Made by a program: the position numbers and the translations under genes. Source: Oopsacas minuta (Eukaryota; Animalia; Porifera). Taken from it: 64,000 nucleotides of DNA. A model generated the notes under the pieces. It ran no database searches. It was given only the letters and a program-made list of their open reading frames with translations, and was not told the DNA's origin. Positions 51,703 through 64,000 of this stretch are shown here, in pieces; positions within the stretch are counted from its first letter, which is position 1, and each line of letters starts with the position of its first letter. Location of the stretch: assembly GCA_024704765.1 (NCBI GenBank), contig JAKMXF010000304.1, forward strand, positions 81,296 to 145,295, given 5' to 3'.

Positions 51703-52680
51703 CCACACCTGTCTAATTCAATGAATATTGACCTCATCAATTATCGAATTGATTCTACCACAAATTCAATCGAAATGGACGAATTCAGATACCATTTTGG
51801 AATTCTTCGCCTCTGAATTAGCCTGTATCAATTCCAAAAAATCTTTAGAACAAACATTATTGATTTATTAATATTTAAAATGTTTATGCCACATATGCCC
51901 TCAGTAGCACAAATCAAAATATAAGCGCCACATCAAGTAGTGATTAATGTTGCGAAATTTACTGTATCCTCAGCCACGCAAATACTTAAGACTCCGTTTA
52001 GATATGTTTTAAACTAAAACCAGATACTATTCCTGTCGTCCCAATATTCTATTGATGTTTCACTTACGTACATATGTTCAAATGTGACACAAAAATGTAT
52101 CTGTGAATATGTCTGCTACTTTGGTCCTTAACATTTCTGACTAATTTATCCCAAGGTATGTCAGTAGGCAATGAATTGGACAATCTTGATTTATTTTTGT
52201 GCTATATACAATTTGATAAGTAATTATATCATCTATACTATTAAAATGCAATTAATCTGTATGTATACTACCACGCTTCACTTGCTAGGTATCTGCGCGA
52301 CAGCTCAGGGCCTCAGGTGGGCTTAATTATTAAATAACTACATTTCTTGATGCTTTTGGTCACTACACGACGACATATACACGGGATTTCGTGCATCTGG
52401 ATTGCATTTTTGTGGTAATTTTGTATTTTCCATTGTCCATCAAAATTCGATTTAATGGCCTTCTGTGTTATTATTTGTACAATTATGATGAGTTAGCTTT
52501 GGTAAGAATCATGTTGTGAGTACATTTGGTACATTTGGTAACGAAACTTCGTCTCAGGAAATTTCGCATCTGGAAATTTAGTCTCGGAAGTTTTGTCTCT
52601 TGGAATTTTTGTTTATTGTTTAATTTCGTTTAATCTCTAGTATATTGCAAGTTTTGATTAGTACAAGTATGTGTTTAATA

Positions 52681-54022
52681 CAGGGTGTCCCATAATTATT
52701 GTCCTATTGTGTAAATGACTATAACATTCAAATATCATTAATTAGATATATTATTACTTTCCTATATATCCACCCTTTAGTAATATATATTTTTCAATTC
52801 TTTTTGGCATGCCTTCTATTAACTTTTCCAAAGTATTCGGGCATATCTCCGACCATCCGTATTTTAGCATATTTTTAAACTCCTCCAATCCTGGAGCAGG
52901 TGTCTTCCTATCAAGTTGATCCTGGAGTATTCCCCATACATTTTCTATTGGACTTAGGTCTGGGGAATTCGTCGGCCATTCGCCCTTCCCCCAAAAATAT
53001 TTTAGATTCTCCTTACACCAATCTTGGGTTCTCTTGGCTGAATGTGCAGGAGCTCCGTCTTGTTGGAAAATATATTTTGACATGTTTGGTAACATTTTCC
53101 TAGTTAGTAAATCGCCCTTCTTAGGTTTTCTGTTAAGTGCATTTAGGCAAGCATTTTCTAGAATTTCTTTAAGATAATAATCTGCACTCACAGTTTGTTT
53201 TGGAGGTAAAAAGTGAAGGTCAGACAAAGCCTGGAAGCTCATCATCCCCCAAACTATAACCCGTGGGGAATATTTGACGATTTCAATATTTTGAACCTTG
53301 AGCTTACTATGTGCCCAGATCCTGTCATTATGTCGGTTTGATGGATGAAATACCTCAAACGGCGATTCATCTGACCACATGACTCGTTTCCAATCATTCA
53401 CTGTCCAAACTCTTTCTCCAGGCAAAAATTTAATCGTCTTTCTTTTTGTTTTTCGGTCAATTTTGGAGATTTAGTCCTCTTATAGGCCCAAGCTCCCAAA
53501 TCCTGCTTCAAATATCTATGGACAGTGTTTTAGAGACAGGAGTACCGATTCTTGTAAGTTTACACGCCAATACCCTGATTGATTTATACCTTTTCTCTAA
53601 AGATTTAGAGATTACTATCTTTGATATCCTGTTTAGCTTTTTGAGCGGTCCTGCACCCTTTTTGTGCTGAAGGCTCTCATTTCGTTTGTGTTTAGCCCAC
53701 CAGCGTCTAATGGTCCTAATATCTTTTCCAAATATTTCAGCTACAGTCTTTTAGGAAAAACCTTCCGATAACTTGATAAGAGCTTGATTTCGAGTCTCAA
53801 ATTTTGCTAACTGGACATCCATACCTTGTTAGATTGTTGTTACTGATATAGAAAATATACTACTTTGATTAGTACATAAGGAAAGTCGTTGTATCAAGTT
53901 AACTAACTAAATAAGGTTGGTCAATAAATTTATGAAAGAAAACTAGACATTTGTACGATATTTTAGAAATATTGATGAAATGAAACTAAATGCTGATAGG
54001 GCGATAATTATGAGACACCCTG
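52681..54022 (-). mobile_element. Full-length Tc1-like element, DD37E type, frameshifted
   Basis: TIRs CAGGGTGTCCCATAATTAT / ATAATTATGAGACACCCTG with TA TSD. ORF 52754-53425 has WSDESPF, FQQDGAPAH and SPDLSPIE, with 37 residues between the second D and E. A probable ATG lies at 53822. Confidence 0.92.
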
Positions 54023-54099
54023 TATATGAATAATTGAATAAATGTATGGCATAGATGAAGATATAATGAAAGTCAAAGTTGTGTCCTATTCCATAAATA

Positions 54100-55190
54100 G
54101 GTAATGGTACCCCGATTTGCGTAGTCTGAAACTAATGTTCGGATACGTTCATTACGTTTCATTGATTTTACTGACTAATTTCCTCTGGTCAGCCTCCCAC
54201 TTCACTAATGTTGCTTCCTGAATGGACTGCTTTCACAACGTCTTGGCCCGTAACAAATGCAAAGTAAGATCTTTACACTCAAACCAAATTCAATATCTGA
54301 CTGGTACCGCCCTGTTAATCCTTCAGATTGTATCTTTCAGTATATATTTTGGGAAAGGTGAAAGAATCATCCTGAAATTACGACGATGAAATGTTCATCA
54401 TAAGCATTTATTGCCGCCTTTCAAAGTCGACCATAATATTCGTAGAACTCAAGCCAGGGGAATATTTCGAGAAGTTTTCGAAGATGCATACTATAAGTGC
54501 ATTCTCTTTATCTGGGAGGAGGGCATATACACAGAGATAAACAGCCATCCTTCTCAGCATGTATCGTGTACAATTGAATAAGTATTCAGAAACTCCTTTG
54601 AATGTCCCATCAGCGTACCATGTGTTGGATTTTTCGAGAAGTGAGAGAAATTTGCGTGTGGAAAAACTGATCATTCGTTTATTGTCCCCATATCTGGAAT
54701 CATATAGCAAAAAAGATTCTGTTTAAGGGAAATTCGTATTTGGGGGGATCAAAATTTCGGCAGCACATGTTGGGTTACTACAACTTGAGAAACTTTCTTG
54801 TAATATTCCGGATAACGTATAACAAAGTCCAAGTTGAAGAGCTTCGCTATGCTTGATGAAGGCATTTGTTCAATCCCAATAGATAATATTGCTCTAGAGC
54901 TCTCTTCTGAATTGATAGCTCGTTGTATACATAATTATACCCTTTGAGCATCACAATACGTCTGGGATCTGATCCATGAGTATGACCATCTTCAATTCAT
55001 GAATATGTGTTGGTTTTATCACTAGATTATCTCTTGTGTGGATCCGGGCTTTGCAAACTCCTCGTTTTTTTCATGTCCAGTGCTTAATATCATCCCCTGA
55101 CCAAACCTAAGTATTTGCAAATCCTCAGATAGCAGCTTTATCTTTTCCCCGAGTACTCTTGAGCAATTCAATTGATAGAACTTCAGCCAT
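54100..55190 (-). pseudogene. FLYWCH-MULE transposase remnant
   Basis: ATG at 55190, then LLKSTRGKDK..., WYADGTFK and IMVDFE. MULE-like subterminal repeats lie at about 55420-55495. Confidence 0.8.
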
Positions 55191-55993
55191 ATTCTAGTAC
55201 GTTATGTTTGAGTTAAAGAAGTAAAATAATTAAGATGCTAATGATCTCGAATTATTTGCACGATAGGTTGTGGGTTAGTTTGTATATTTTAATCAAGATT
55301 GTGCGACTAGATTTAAAAAAATCAAAAATATTTCAAATGCAACACCTATATGATTGTTATCTTAAGAAATATATGATGCTCGTGAAGAATATCATTTATC
55401 TTTACTTAAATAGAAACATTTTGATACGAAAATTCCGGTACGGAAATTTCCGGATACGATATTCCATTTTGGACGAAAATTTCGCCATTCGATACATTGA
55501 GGGATACCTATCGCTCAATTTATTTAATAGGTGTCAATGACATTATAATTTCGTCATGGCTGTGATTTTCTGTCCAAGACTCGAACTTGCCGAACCCAGG
55601 CCAGTACACCTGCATTTCAAAAACCTTGGGGTCATTCAATTTCTTCAATCAATTCTGGGCACACAAACATATATATATATATACAGATTATTGCATTTTA
55701 ATAGTGTGGATTAGGGGTTCTCTATCTATTTTCATGTAGGGTCTCCCTGCTGAACTCTTATCTATCCATGGCCTTCATAACTGTATATTCTGTAAGTATC
55801 CTTAATTAAGGCATTTGGAAGAAATATTTGATATAAACGTAATCTTTGAATAGATATAGAAGGTCAATGGGATATATGAGGTTGATGCATGCTCGCCAGC
55901 TTCTCTATATCTGGTTGAATATTTGATAGCAATAATCTTAGATCACCTCTTTCTTCAATATCCAGGCGATTATGGCTTTTTATTAGCAATTGA

Positions 55994-56900
55994 TTAACAC
56001 GACTGAAACCAGATTGAACAAGATTTGAAGTTGGAAGGCCGTAGGAAGAGTTTTGCTTTCACCCAGAGTAATGGATAATTTGCTGGCATCTCAATACTCA
56101 ACCAGAGGTTATGAAGTCTTTGTCTGGATCGTACTATTGCTTCATAGTCGGATTGTAAATCTATCAGGGCTTCTTGAAGCGAAACATCAATATTTTTCAT
56201 CTGGAGTGAAAACTGGCCAATTATCCTATCAGGAATCTCCATTTGTATTAAATCATGAAATCTTACCAGCATTTCCTCGCTCAGCTGTTTCAGATGCCAA
56301 ATATACACCTCCAGGTCATTGTCAGAGATGTTGTTACTTACTTTACTCAACATTGGGAATTGTGATGACTCATGGCGACCAATATTACTTCGAAAAATGT
56401 GAAGTTTGTCTACAAAAGCATTAATGACCCCTTTTGCAAGTTTTAAGTCAGAATTTTGTCCCTGTAGCTCTCGGTTTATTGAGTACAGCTTTTCAAAAAT
56501 GTCTGTTAAGTAAAAACAATCATTTTTCGTGGGTGTAACAGCTTGACCCAACTCTTTGCCAGTGAGAAACTCTTGAATACTATCCCATAATTCAGCAAAG
56601 CGACGAAGGCAATTGCCTTTTGACAGCCAACGACCTTCCATATGTAAGAGAAGGCGTTCGAATTCCTCGTGATTTTCATTACAAAGTTGACGGAAAAGGC
56701 GCGTTTGGAGGGCATTTGATCTAATGATATTGATAGCCTTGATAAGGATGTTAATCGAAATGTTTAGGCGGCCCCGCCAATTTTTTTGACACCAAGTGTT
56801 GTCGGTAGACGACACAATGAATGCAAAATATAGAAGGGAATTCTAATTTCAAATAAACTATAAAGCCACGATAGCGACCTACCTTAGAAGCATAAAATAT
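55994..56900 (-). pseudogene. hAT (Buster/Charlie, ZBED8/SCAND3-like) transposase fragment
   Basis: IHCVVYRQHL...AINIIRSNALQTRLFRQLC...LLLHMEGRWLSKGNCLRRF...YLTDIFEKL; 5'-truncated. Confidence 0.85.
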
Positions 56901-59574
56901 ACGAAATCCTGCATCCCTGCCAGAGGCGATGGCAAGATTGTCCCCGTGGTACGGGCACCACCGAAAATTCCTTCACACCACCTCGGTTGCTGAGCATCAT
57001 CTGAATTTGTCTAGACTAATGTAGCCTGAAATTTGAACAATGATACTTTGTATTTAATCAATATATTTTTATGTGGTTTCATGTAGTTATGTTTAGACTT
57101 AGGGCAATCTGTAAATAATTCATCTCTTTCTTGAGTTACTTGACAAATAATTCCTTGATAGCTCAATACAATTCAACACTGCTCTCTCCACCCGAGCACT
57201 ACCGCAAACAAAGCCCTGGCAACAGTACTGACCCATAGTTAAATATCCAATTAGCAATTAGGAGGACCATTTCTGTCATAAAACATATTCTCAGTTTATT
57301 ATTGCTTTGTTACGGACCTGGTGGATTTCTGAGTTTTCTTTAATTTCCATTTTCCTGACTGTTTATTCCATTTTACATACATTCCAAGTGAGCAACCGCG
57401 TGCTGGCTGCCAGCGATTGTACTCAAAACTTTACAATATTCTCTTAATTATTATTATGTGTTGTTATTTATTTTACTCTATTACTCATAGGGATAGTAAT
57501 TTTTCATCTACACTCTTGTATAATTACCATTTTTCGAAATTGTCTATCTTTTACAATACATCCTGATGACAAGCATTTGTATTATCATACCAGGTTTGGG
57601 GATGCACTTCATCACAGTGTATGTAAATATTGTTACACATAATATTTCACTGATTTATTTTTTATTTTTAGCCATTGGTTGAACTTAATCAGATTTGTCA
57701 CAAGTCTATCATCTCGTTATGTATAAAGAAAGATTTCAGTTTTCCTCCAAATTCTAATGCCGGGACTACTATCTTGTCTTCTACTCCGGCAAGTTCTAAT
57801 TTTCTTTTTTATTTTACACATTTTTTGAATATTTACTGTTATATCGATATTATTGGATTCCGCTGTGATATATTTTCGAATGCCTGGATGTTTGGTGTAC
57901 TTACTAATGAATGTTTTACTAAATCTACATGTATTTCTCCCAAAGTACCATTCATACAATCTGAATCATTTGGCTAACTGTTATACCCAGTAGATATGCC
58001 TGGCTAATTTAACCAAACTTATTTTTATTGTGTATGTACAATAGATTGAGTTTAGATTCAAAATTGTCCCAAAATATCCTAAATATTGTATAATGTGTAC
58101 TTATTGGTCATCTATTATTTCCATAATAGATTTTTGTGCATACTATCTTTGTGAGCCATTTATATGCTAGGGTAGATGTTGACACTGGGAACATGTTTAT
58201 ATCTACCGCTTAACATGATAACATCATCTTCTGCCGTTGATGTTGACACTACACTGTTAACAACATTTTTGTTTATCTTATTTTCTTTCCTTTAATGAAT
58301 TTGTTAAATGTTATTTATTCGGTCAATATTTTTCAATTTTCCGAGTTAGCAATTTATATATAATTTATAGCATATTTGACCATTATAATATGTATTTACT
58401 ACTATATTCCTGATTCCTTTTTAGCTATATCCCTAAATTATCACTTGATTTAAGTTGATTCTAATTGACTTTTTATTGGGATCTGATTTCATGTGGCACT
58501 TTATTGGTTTAGTTTGTCATAAATTTCATTTCATCTAGTAGTTTTTGAAGCATTTTTGTATCTAATGGTTTCAAATACCCTTATCTGAAGTTCTTGTATA
58601 TTATCTCTCTAATTTCGTTTGGCTATGTACTTGGTTGTTAAATTTGTCCTAAATAAGTGAACATATGATCACCATGGGCTAAATATACCTTTCTAAATCA
58701 ATTATGAAGTGATCCTAATTTCGTAGCAATCCACCGTAACAATTTTATGATTTAGAATATTCTTTACTATAGAGATATTCCAATCATTGCGCGATTGAGC
58801 CACAAATATAACGGTAAGGTGGCCCATAAAATCAAGAGATTGAGTCTCATCAATTCAGAGTATCAGTCATCACCTGGATAAATAGTTTGTATACCACTGG
58901 GCGAAGAAAATCGCATTAATTATAATCCTAAATTGTTGATTGTTTATTGATCGTTCAACAATATGTATTAAGGCCGTATTCAATCATAATGTGAATACAT
59001 TCCCTTCTATAGTATTATAAGACCTAGTTCATATGAAAGAAACATATGATAATCAGATTTAATTCTTTGAAATATTATTTTTTAAAACTTTCATGTTGAA
59101 TTGTTTGAAAGTTAGTATCACCAAGTAGCATAAGTATATTATTAAAAATTTCGAATATGTTTATAAAATAACTTAAGATTATTTTTTGTTAATAGTTGAT
59201 AGATTTAAAAATTTGTGATATTTTTACATTCAATATAATTAGTAGTAAATAGAATCCTTGAAAGAATGAGATAAACAGAACTTCGATCATAATTTGTTAC
59301 CACGGTTCTCGCCAGGGTTTGTTGTTGTATGGGTGCATGACAGTGAGACATGACGAAAAGTAACAGATAACACCATCTTCTATTGGTATTATCTATGTTA
59401 CTTTTAAAATACTAATGTAATGAGTCCACTAGCTTTTACTGCACTATTATTTGCTAAATAGCGCGATGCCACCTAAAACAAAGTTGAAAGTTACTGATGA
59501 CCTGCAAAAGCTTAGCTTAAGTCTAAAACTGATTTCACCTGTCCCGGTCACTAATATGAGCTCTACCGCAACAG

Positions 59575-62500
59575 CACAGTGGGTTATTCGTTTCCAGTAG
59601 GGAAATTTTATATTTATATTTTCCCAATTTATATATTGATAATAATTAGAAATATGTAGGTGTATCCACATCTACAATTGCTTTTTATCTGAATCAAGTT
59701 ACATGAGTGTTGTACTATCTCAAAGTCTCGCCAAAATTGTCGCAGTTTAAGTTCGCTTTACACCCTCGTTGATGTCCCAACTCTCCATATTTCTTACATT
59801 TGAGACAGTTACGAAACTTTTCATTTAGTACTGGCTATACTATTACGTATATTTGGGAGAATATGTCTTTCATTTCTAAAAGAGTATCTGATTTTTGAGA
59901 TAGATACTCACTAAACCTGCGTATTTGCTTATGTGCTTGTTCCAAACCTTCTTCAGAGAATATCTTAAGGCCATGATTATCTTCACTTCTATGAATTGAT
60001 AAGGTGTGTGCTAGAAATTTATGCACTGTAGGTGTAATTGAAACCCAGGGGTAATGATCTAACAGAAAGAGGTATATTTCTTCACATACTGCCTTGAAGT
60101 TACTGACATTGATGTTCTGAGAGTAGATAGTTACACGAAGTAGAGCAAAAATATTTCTATGCAAAATTTTCAGATTTTTCATCGTCTTCTTGAGGTATAA
60201 GGGGGAGCGCTGTTTCAAAAGGAAGATCATCAGAAAAGACAAACAAGCTGAATTACTAGTGCTAGTGTCCCCACTTCCTCCAGGTTGTTCAAACTGAATA
60301 TTCGTAACTTCTCTAATCCTTTGTGTAATTCGTTTATTGCTTGCCCTAATATTTGTATGATCAGCCCAGCTATGCCTTCTCACTGCTATCCTGTATACAT
60401 TTTCAGGAACCAATCAAGCATATGTAAATGTAACTGTAAGGGGGCAATAGGAAGGACTTCAATTGAACTTGCAGCTTCATGGGTGATTCCAGCTCGTTGT
60501 CGTGAAGGATAAGCTGTAAGCTCCTTTCCATCAGAAGTTCTCTACGATAGTATCTTTGATCGCTTGCAACGTGCAATTAAGTGGAAAGCCTGCTATTACA
60601 ACTTCAGGGTCTGATACATCAGTTTGACTTGCGAAGCAACACTGAACAAGCAGCGCCAGCGCAACCAGTATATATGGCACACATTTACCATCTTACATTG
60701 ACGCCTTAATTTCTGTATTCCATGTCCACTTTGATTCTCGAAGCCAGTTGACACGAGTTCGTCAATTTGTAGATCAAGAAATTCAGTAGAGTAGTGACAC
60801 ATTCAATGTTCTCTTTTTGAGATAAATACGATTGGCTGGTTGGAGAATCCTGAATTTGGGTGTTCATTAGACCAGATAACATTACCCTGACAATCTTTCA
60901 ATTCAAGAGGAGAAACCATGAACAAGAGAAAATGTGGACGATCACAAGCTGTTTGAGATCTAATATTAAATACACTGTGACTTCCCGACCCATCTACACT
61001 ACGTTTGACCATAAAATTGAGCTGGTGCAGCAGAGATTCTTCAATAGATTGTAGAGTGTGTATGATACATATCAGGAGGTTTACAGTGTGGCTAATGTTG
61101 TTAACTGTTACTCAAATTGGATTTGATACTGATGGGTAAATTGGAATGAAGGAAGTAGAGTTGTACGAAATCACGTATTTTTGAATAACTGGCTAACTTT
61201 AAACCTTCAGAAATTAGAAAATACCTTAGATCCGTCCATTTCAATTTCCCAGTTTGAGGTTATATGCAAGGAATGCTTACTTTTAGGGAGAGACCAATTT
61301 GTCGGAGTGAAGGTTATCAATATTATTGCTTTCAGAAATTCTTTTTGCAATTAGAGCAACGTTATGGCATCCTGGTGTAGCAACTGCAAAAAGATCTAAT
61401 TTCAGGCCAAAACTAAATAATGCTGATACCGTCCGAACAAGCTAATTGAGATAACGCGTCCATATCAGGGTGTTCAATAATTCTTGCGGGTCATGTTATA
61501 TCTCAGGAACTACTCAAGTATATGTCCAACTTTCATAAATTATAAGTCCATATAGTTAAGTTCCATATACTGGAAGTTTCAAAGTTATTCAATCAAATTG
61601 TGATTTTCTGAGATAATTAGGCGTAGTCAATTCATATCTAATGTTCAATTTATGGCTTCATAGGATAATTTCAACCTCAAATGGCGAGCATACATAGAGA
61701 TTCGTACAATACTCAAGATCCAGCCCATACAGATCTTCAGCGAGTTACAGGAGATATTGTGCGTGCATTGCCCTTCCAGATCTACTGTAGAGCGATGGGC
61801 TGTCCGTTTTAGGTCTGGTGATGCGAGGTCACAGATTTTCCTCGATCTGGAAACCGATATCCGCCACCACTTCAGAGAATATCGTACTCATTGAAAGTAC
61901 GATCATAGAACATAAGCGCATTACTGTCAAATCAGTTAGAACAAGTATGGAGATTTCATCGGGAGCTATTCATACAATTCTGGAGACTGAGTTTGGCTAC
62001 CGATCGATTTGTGGTAAATGGGGCCCGCATAAAGTCAGTGAGAATCAAAGTTGGCACGACTGAATATTGCCAAGAAACTCTTGGAAACTTATGAGAACCG
62101 GACAGAGATTATTTCTGGTAACGTAATGTGGGTGTACTATTCAACACCATATAGCAAGTATAAGAGGCGATCATAGGTGAGGGGCAACGAACTACCGGCG
62201 AAAATTCCTAGGCTCGACTTCAGAAACCTAATATTATGTATACCATCTTCTTCAGTGGTTATGGAATAGTCTTACAATTACCTTGTGGGAGTGACAAAGC
62301 TGTTACTGCTACTTTCTTTACAGAGTAAGTGCTTCCAAACTTGATGAAAATTTAGAAAAGTACCGCCCGAAAACTGGAACTAGATGGATGAAGATTTTAA
62401 TTGATAACGCCAGCTCCCATACAGTTAAGCTAATCAAAAAGTTTTGGATGTAGAAGGGTTAGAATTACTTCCCCATCCACCATACTCTCCAGACCTAGCT

Positions 62501-63589
62501 TCTGATTTTTGGCTATTCCCCAATCTTAAAATCTACCTTCAAGGCAAAGATTTTAACACATTAGACTCACTCGGGACGGTCCTACACCAGTACTTCAAAT
62601 CCATCCCCGAAGAAGAGTACAGAAATGTGTTTACAAGTGGGTGGAAAGGTTAAAACTTTGTGTATCTGCTGGAGGGGATTACATTGAATAAATAATGTGG
62701 TGAATTAGTGTATATTGTGTTTGCACCCTGTTCTATGATATTACCCGAAAGACTTATTGAACGCCCTAGTAATACCAGTACTCTCGAGGCATACACGTTT
62801 AGAAACTGATTTTTCAAATCTTCTAGGGATTTTCGTTTAGGGATATTCCGATTAACCACCGACAGAGCAGCTGGGGATGGAGTTTCTGTACTTGTTATAT
62901 AGTCCTCAAGCTTAAGAACTATTTGTTCAAGATTATTTTCGGACTGATCGTGGTACATTTGTTCTCTGAGCCGTGTACTCCTCAAATGGTGGTTCTTCAC
63001 ATCTTTGGAGAAAGTTAGTAATTGTGAGTCGATTCCAAGTGTTCTCCAATTATTCTACTTCCCAAATTGACGCGTACTTTAACATTTCGATGGCCTGTTT
63101 GGTTCCAGAAAAATTTCATTTATTTCATAAAGTGTGGTGACATTTTACAGCTTTCTATTTCAATAATTGTAGGAAATATTTTGATATGCACTAATTTAGC
63201 TCCAAATATTTATTTATTTTTATAGTTGACATAATATCACATTCCTATGCAACATATCCGAATCAAAATATTCTGCTTCATATAAGGTTTGGTTACAATT
63301 CCACGTAACTAGTGCGTTTCCAAGTTACTAATGTGTATTATTGAAACAAGATACTATTAAGGATATCTTATATACTAATTTATTATAAGAAACGAAATAA
63401 ATTTAAATATTTTTAGAAATTAAATGTGACATCATAATTTTCAAATGGCTAACTAATTTGCAAAATCTGACATGACAAAAGAGAGTTGTCTTTATTTAGA
63501 ACTCCAGTAGCCAAAAATTCAGGGGAAAATACTAAAAATTGTTAAAGTTATATCTTACTGGAAATATTTACCCAAAATACCCCACTGTG
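59575..63589 (-). mobile_element. Transib/RAG1L-type element C (decayed, interrupted by a mariner)
   Basis: Ends CACAGTGGGTTATT-..TTTCCAGTA (59575) and CACAGTGGGGTATT-..TTTCCAGTA (63589, reverse complement). Pieces read PKRKSLEDL, SVDGSGSH, YPWVSITPTVHKFLAH, FSEEGLE and CKKYGELGHQRGC. The TSD is imperfect (AACAG/AAGCA). Confidence 0.82.
61465..62769 (+). mobile_element. Full-length decayed mariner element inserted in element C
   Basis: TIRs TCAGGGTGTTCAATAATTC / GACTTATTGAACGCCCTAG with TA TSD. Pieces read GYRSICGKWGPH and LPHPPYSPDLASDF. Confidence 0.92.
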
Positions 63590-63901
63590 AAGCAACCTGC
63601 ACAACTGACAACACAACTGCTGGAAATTCGGGATGTACCGTTTCTGGAAACAGACTTGACCATCTTCTGCAACACGGAGGCTGTGCCTGCACATGAAGCA
63701 TGTGCTATTCTCTACCATGAGGGAATAGTACAGGTAGCAACCAAGCAGACAGTAATGGAGCTCATTGAAGATGTTAGCATTCGTCTACTTGATGAGGTTG
63801 ATTTTCAGGATGCCCTACGATGCATGTGCTTCCTGGCCAAAAAGGAATACCACACACAACAAACTTGCAGATCTAAAGGAGCTGTGCATTCAGCTTGGTA
63901 A
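63590..63901 (+). other. Open reading frame of unknown identity flanking element C (possible continuation of 59466-59574)
   Basis: 104 open codons start immediately after the TIR. An ATG-initiated open stretch (MPPKTKLK...) ends exactly at the other TIR. Confidence 0.3.
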
Positions 63902-64000
63902 TAAAACATCCCCAGATCTTGTCAAGGGAAGAATGCAAATTATCAATCTAAATAAATCATGGCTGAATTGGTTCAGGCAATTGGTGTTACCCTGGAGGAA

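Noticed and set aside
57300-59300. Possible LTR retroelement remnant (TGTTACGG start, RT-like DDRLVTNLIKFN)
   Set aside because: No LTR pair, PBS, PPT or YxDD motif could be supported.
34354-63589. RAG2-like (kelch/PHD) partner gene
   Set aside because: No ORF or kelch-like GG/Y/W pattern was seen within B or C, and there is little spare sequence. The gap in A (N at 46349) and the missing 5' end of A' leave those two copies untested.

Overview
AT-rich eukaryotic (invertebrate-like) genomic DNA with short ~55-65 bp introns, almost entirely covered by nested, mostly decayed DNA transposons: Tc1, mariner, pogo-like, MULE, P/THAP, hAT, Helitron-like, Chapaev3-like, Ginger-like and KDZ-like. The one clearly intact host gene is an intronless nuclear poly(A)-binding protein (PABPN1-like, 18027-18677). 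The main signal is a family of RAG1-core-like (Transib/RAG1L) transposons: four coding copies (here A, A', B, C), one non-autonomous copy and two orphan ends. Their ends share a CACAGTG (RSS-heptamer) terminus and an A-N-T-A-G motif (ANTAA at one end) placed 14 nt from the heptamer at one end and 23 (once 24) nt at the other, a 14/23 asymmetry reminiscent of the V(D)J 12/23 rule. Copy B is nearly intact (one intron, one frameshift, exact 5-bp TSD), carries a RAG1L-type CxxCxxxGH tail and has no RAG2-like gene. A, A', B and a MITE form a four-level nest. A GC-rich MULE transposase is present as a 1353-bp inverted duplication (fold-back structure or assembly chimera). Family assignments come from motif recognition by eye, without database searches, and the species cannot be determined from the sequence.
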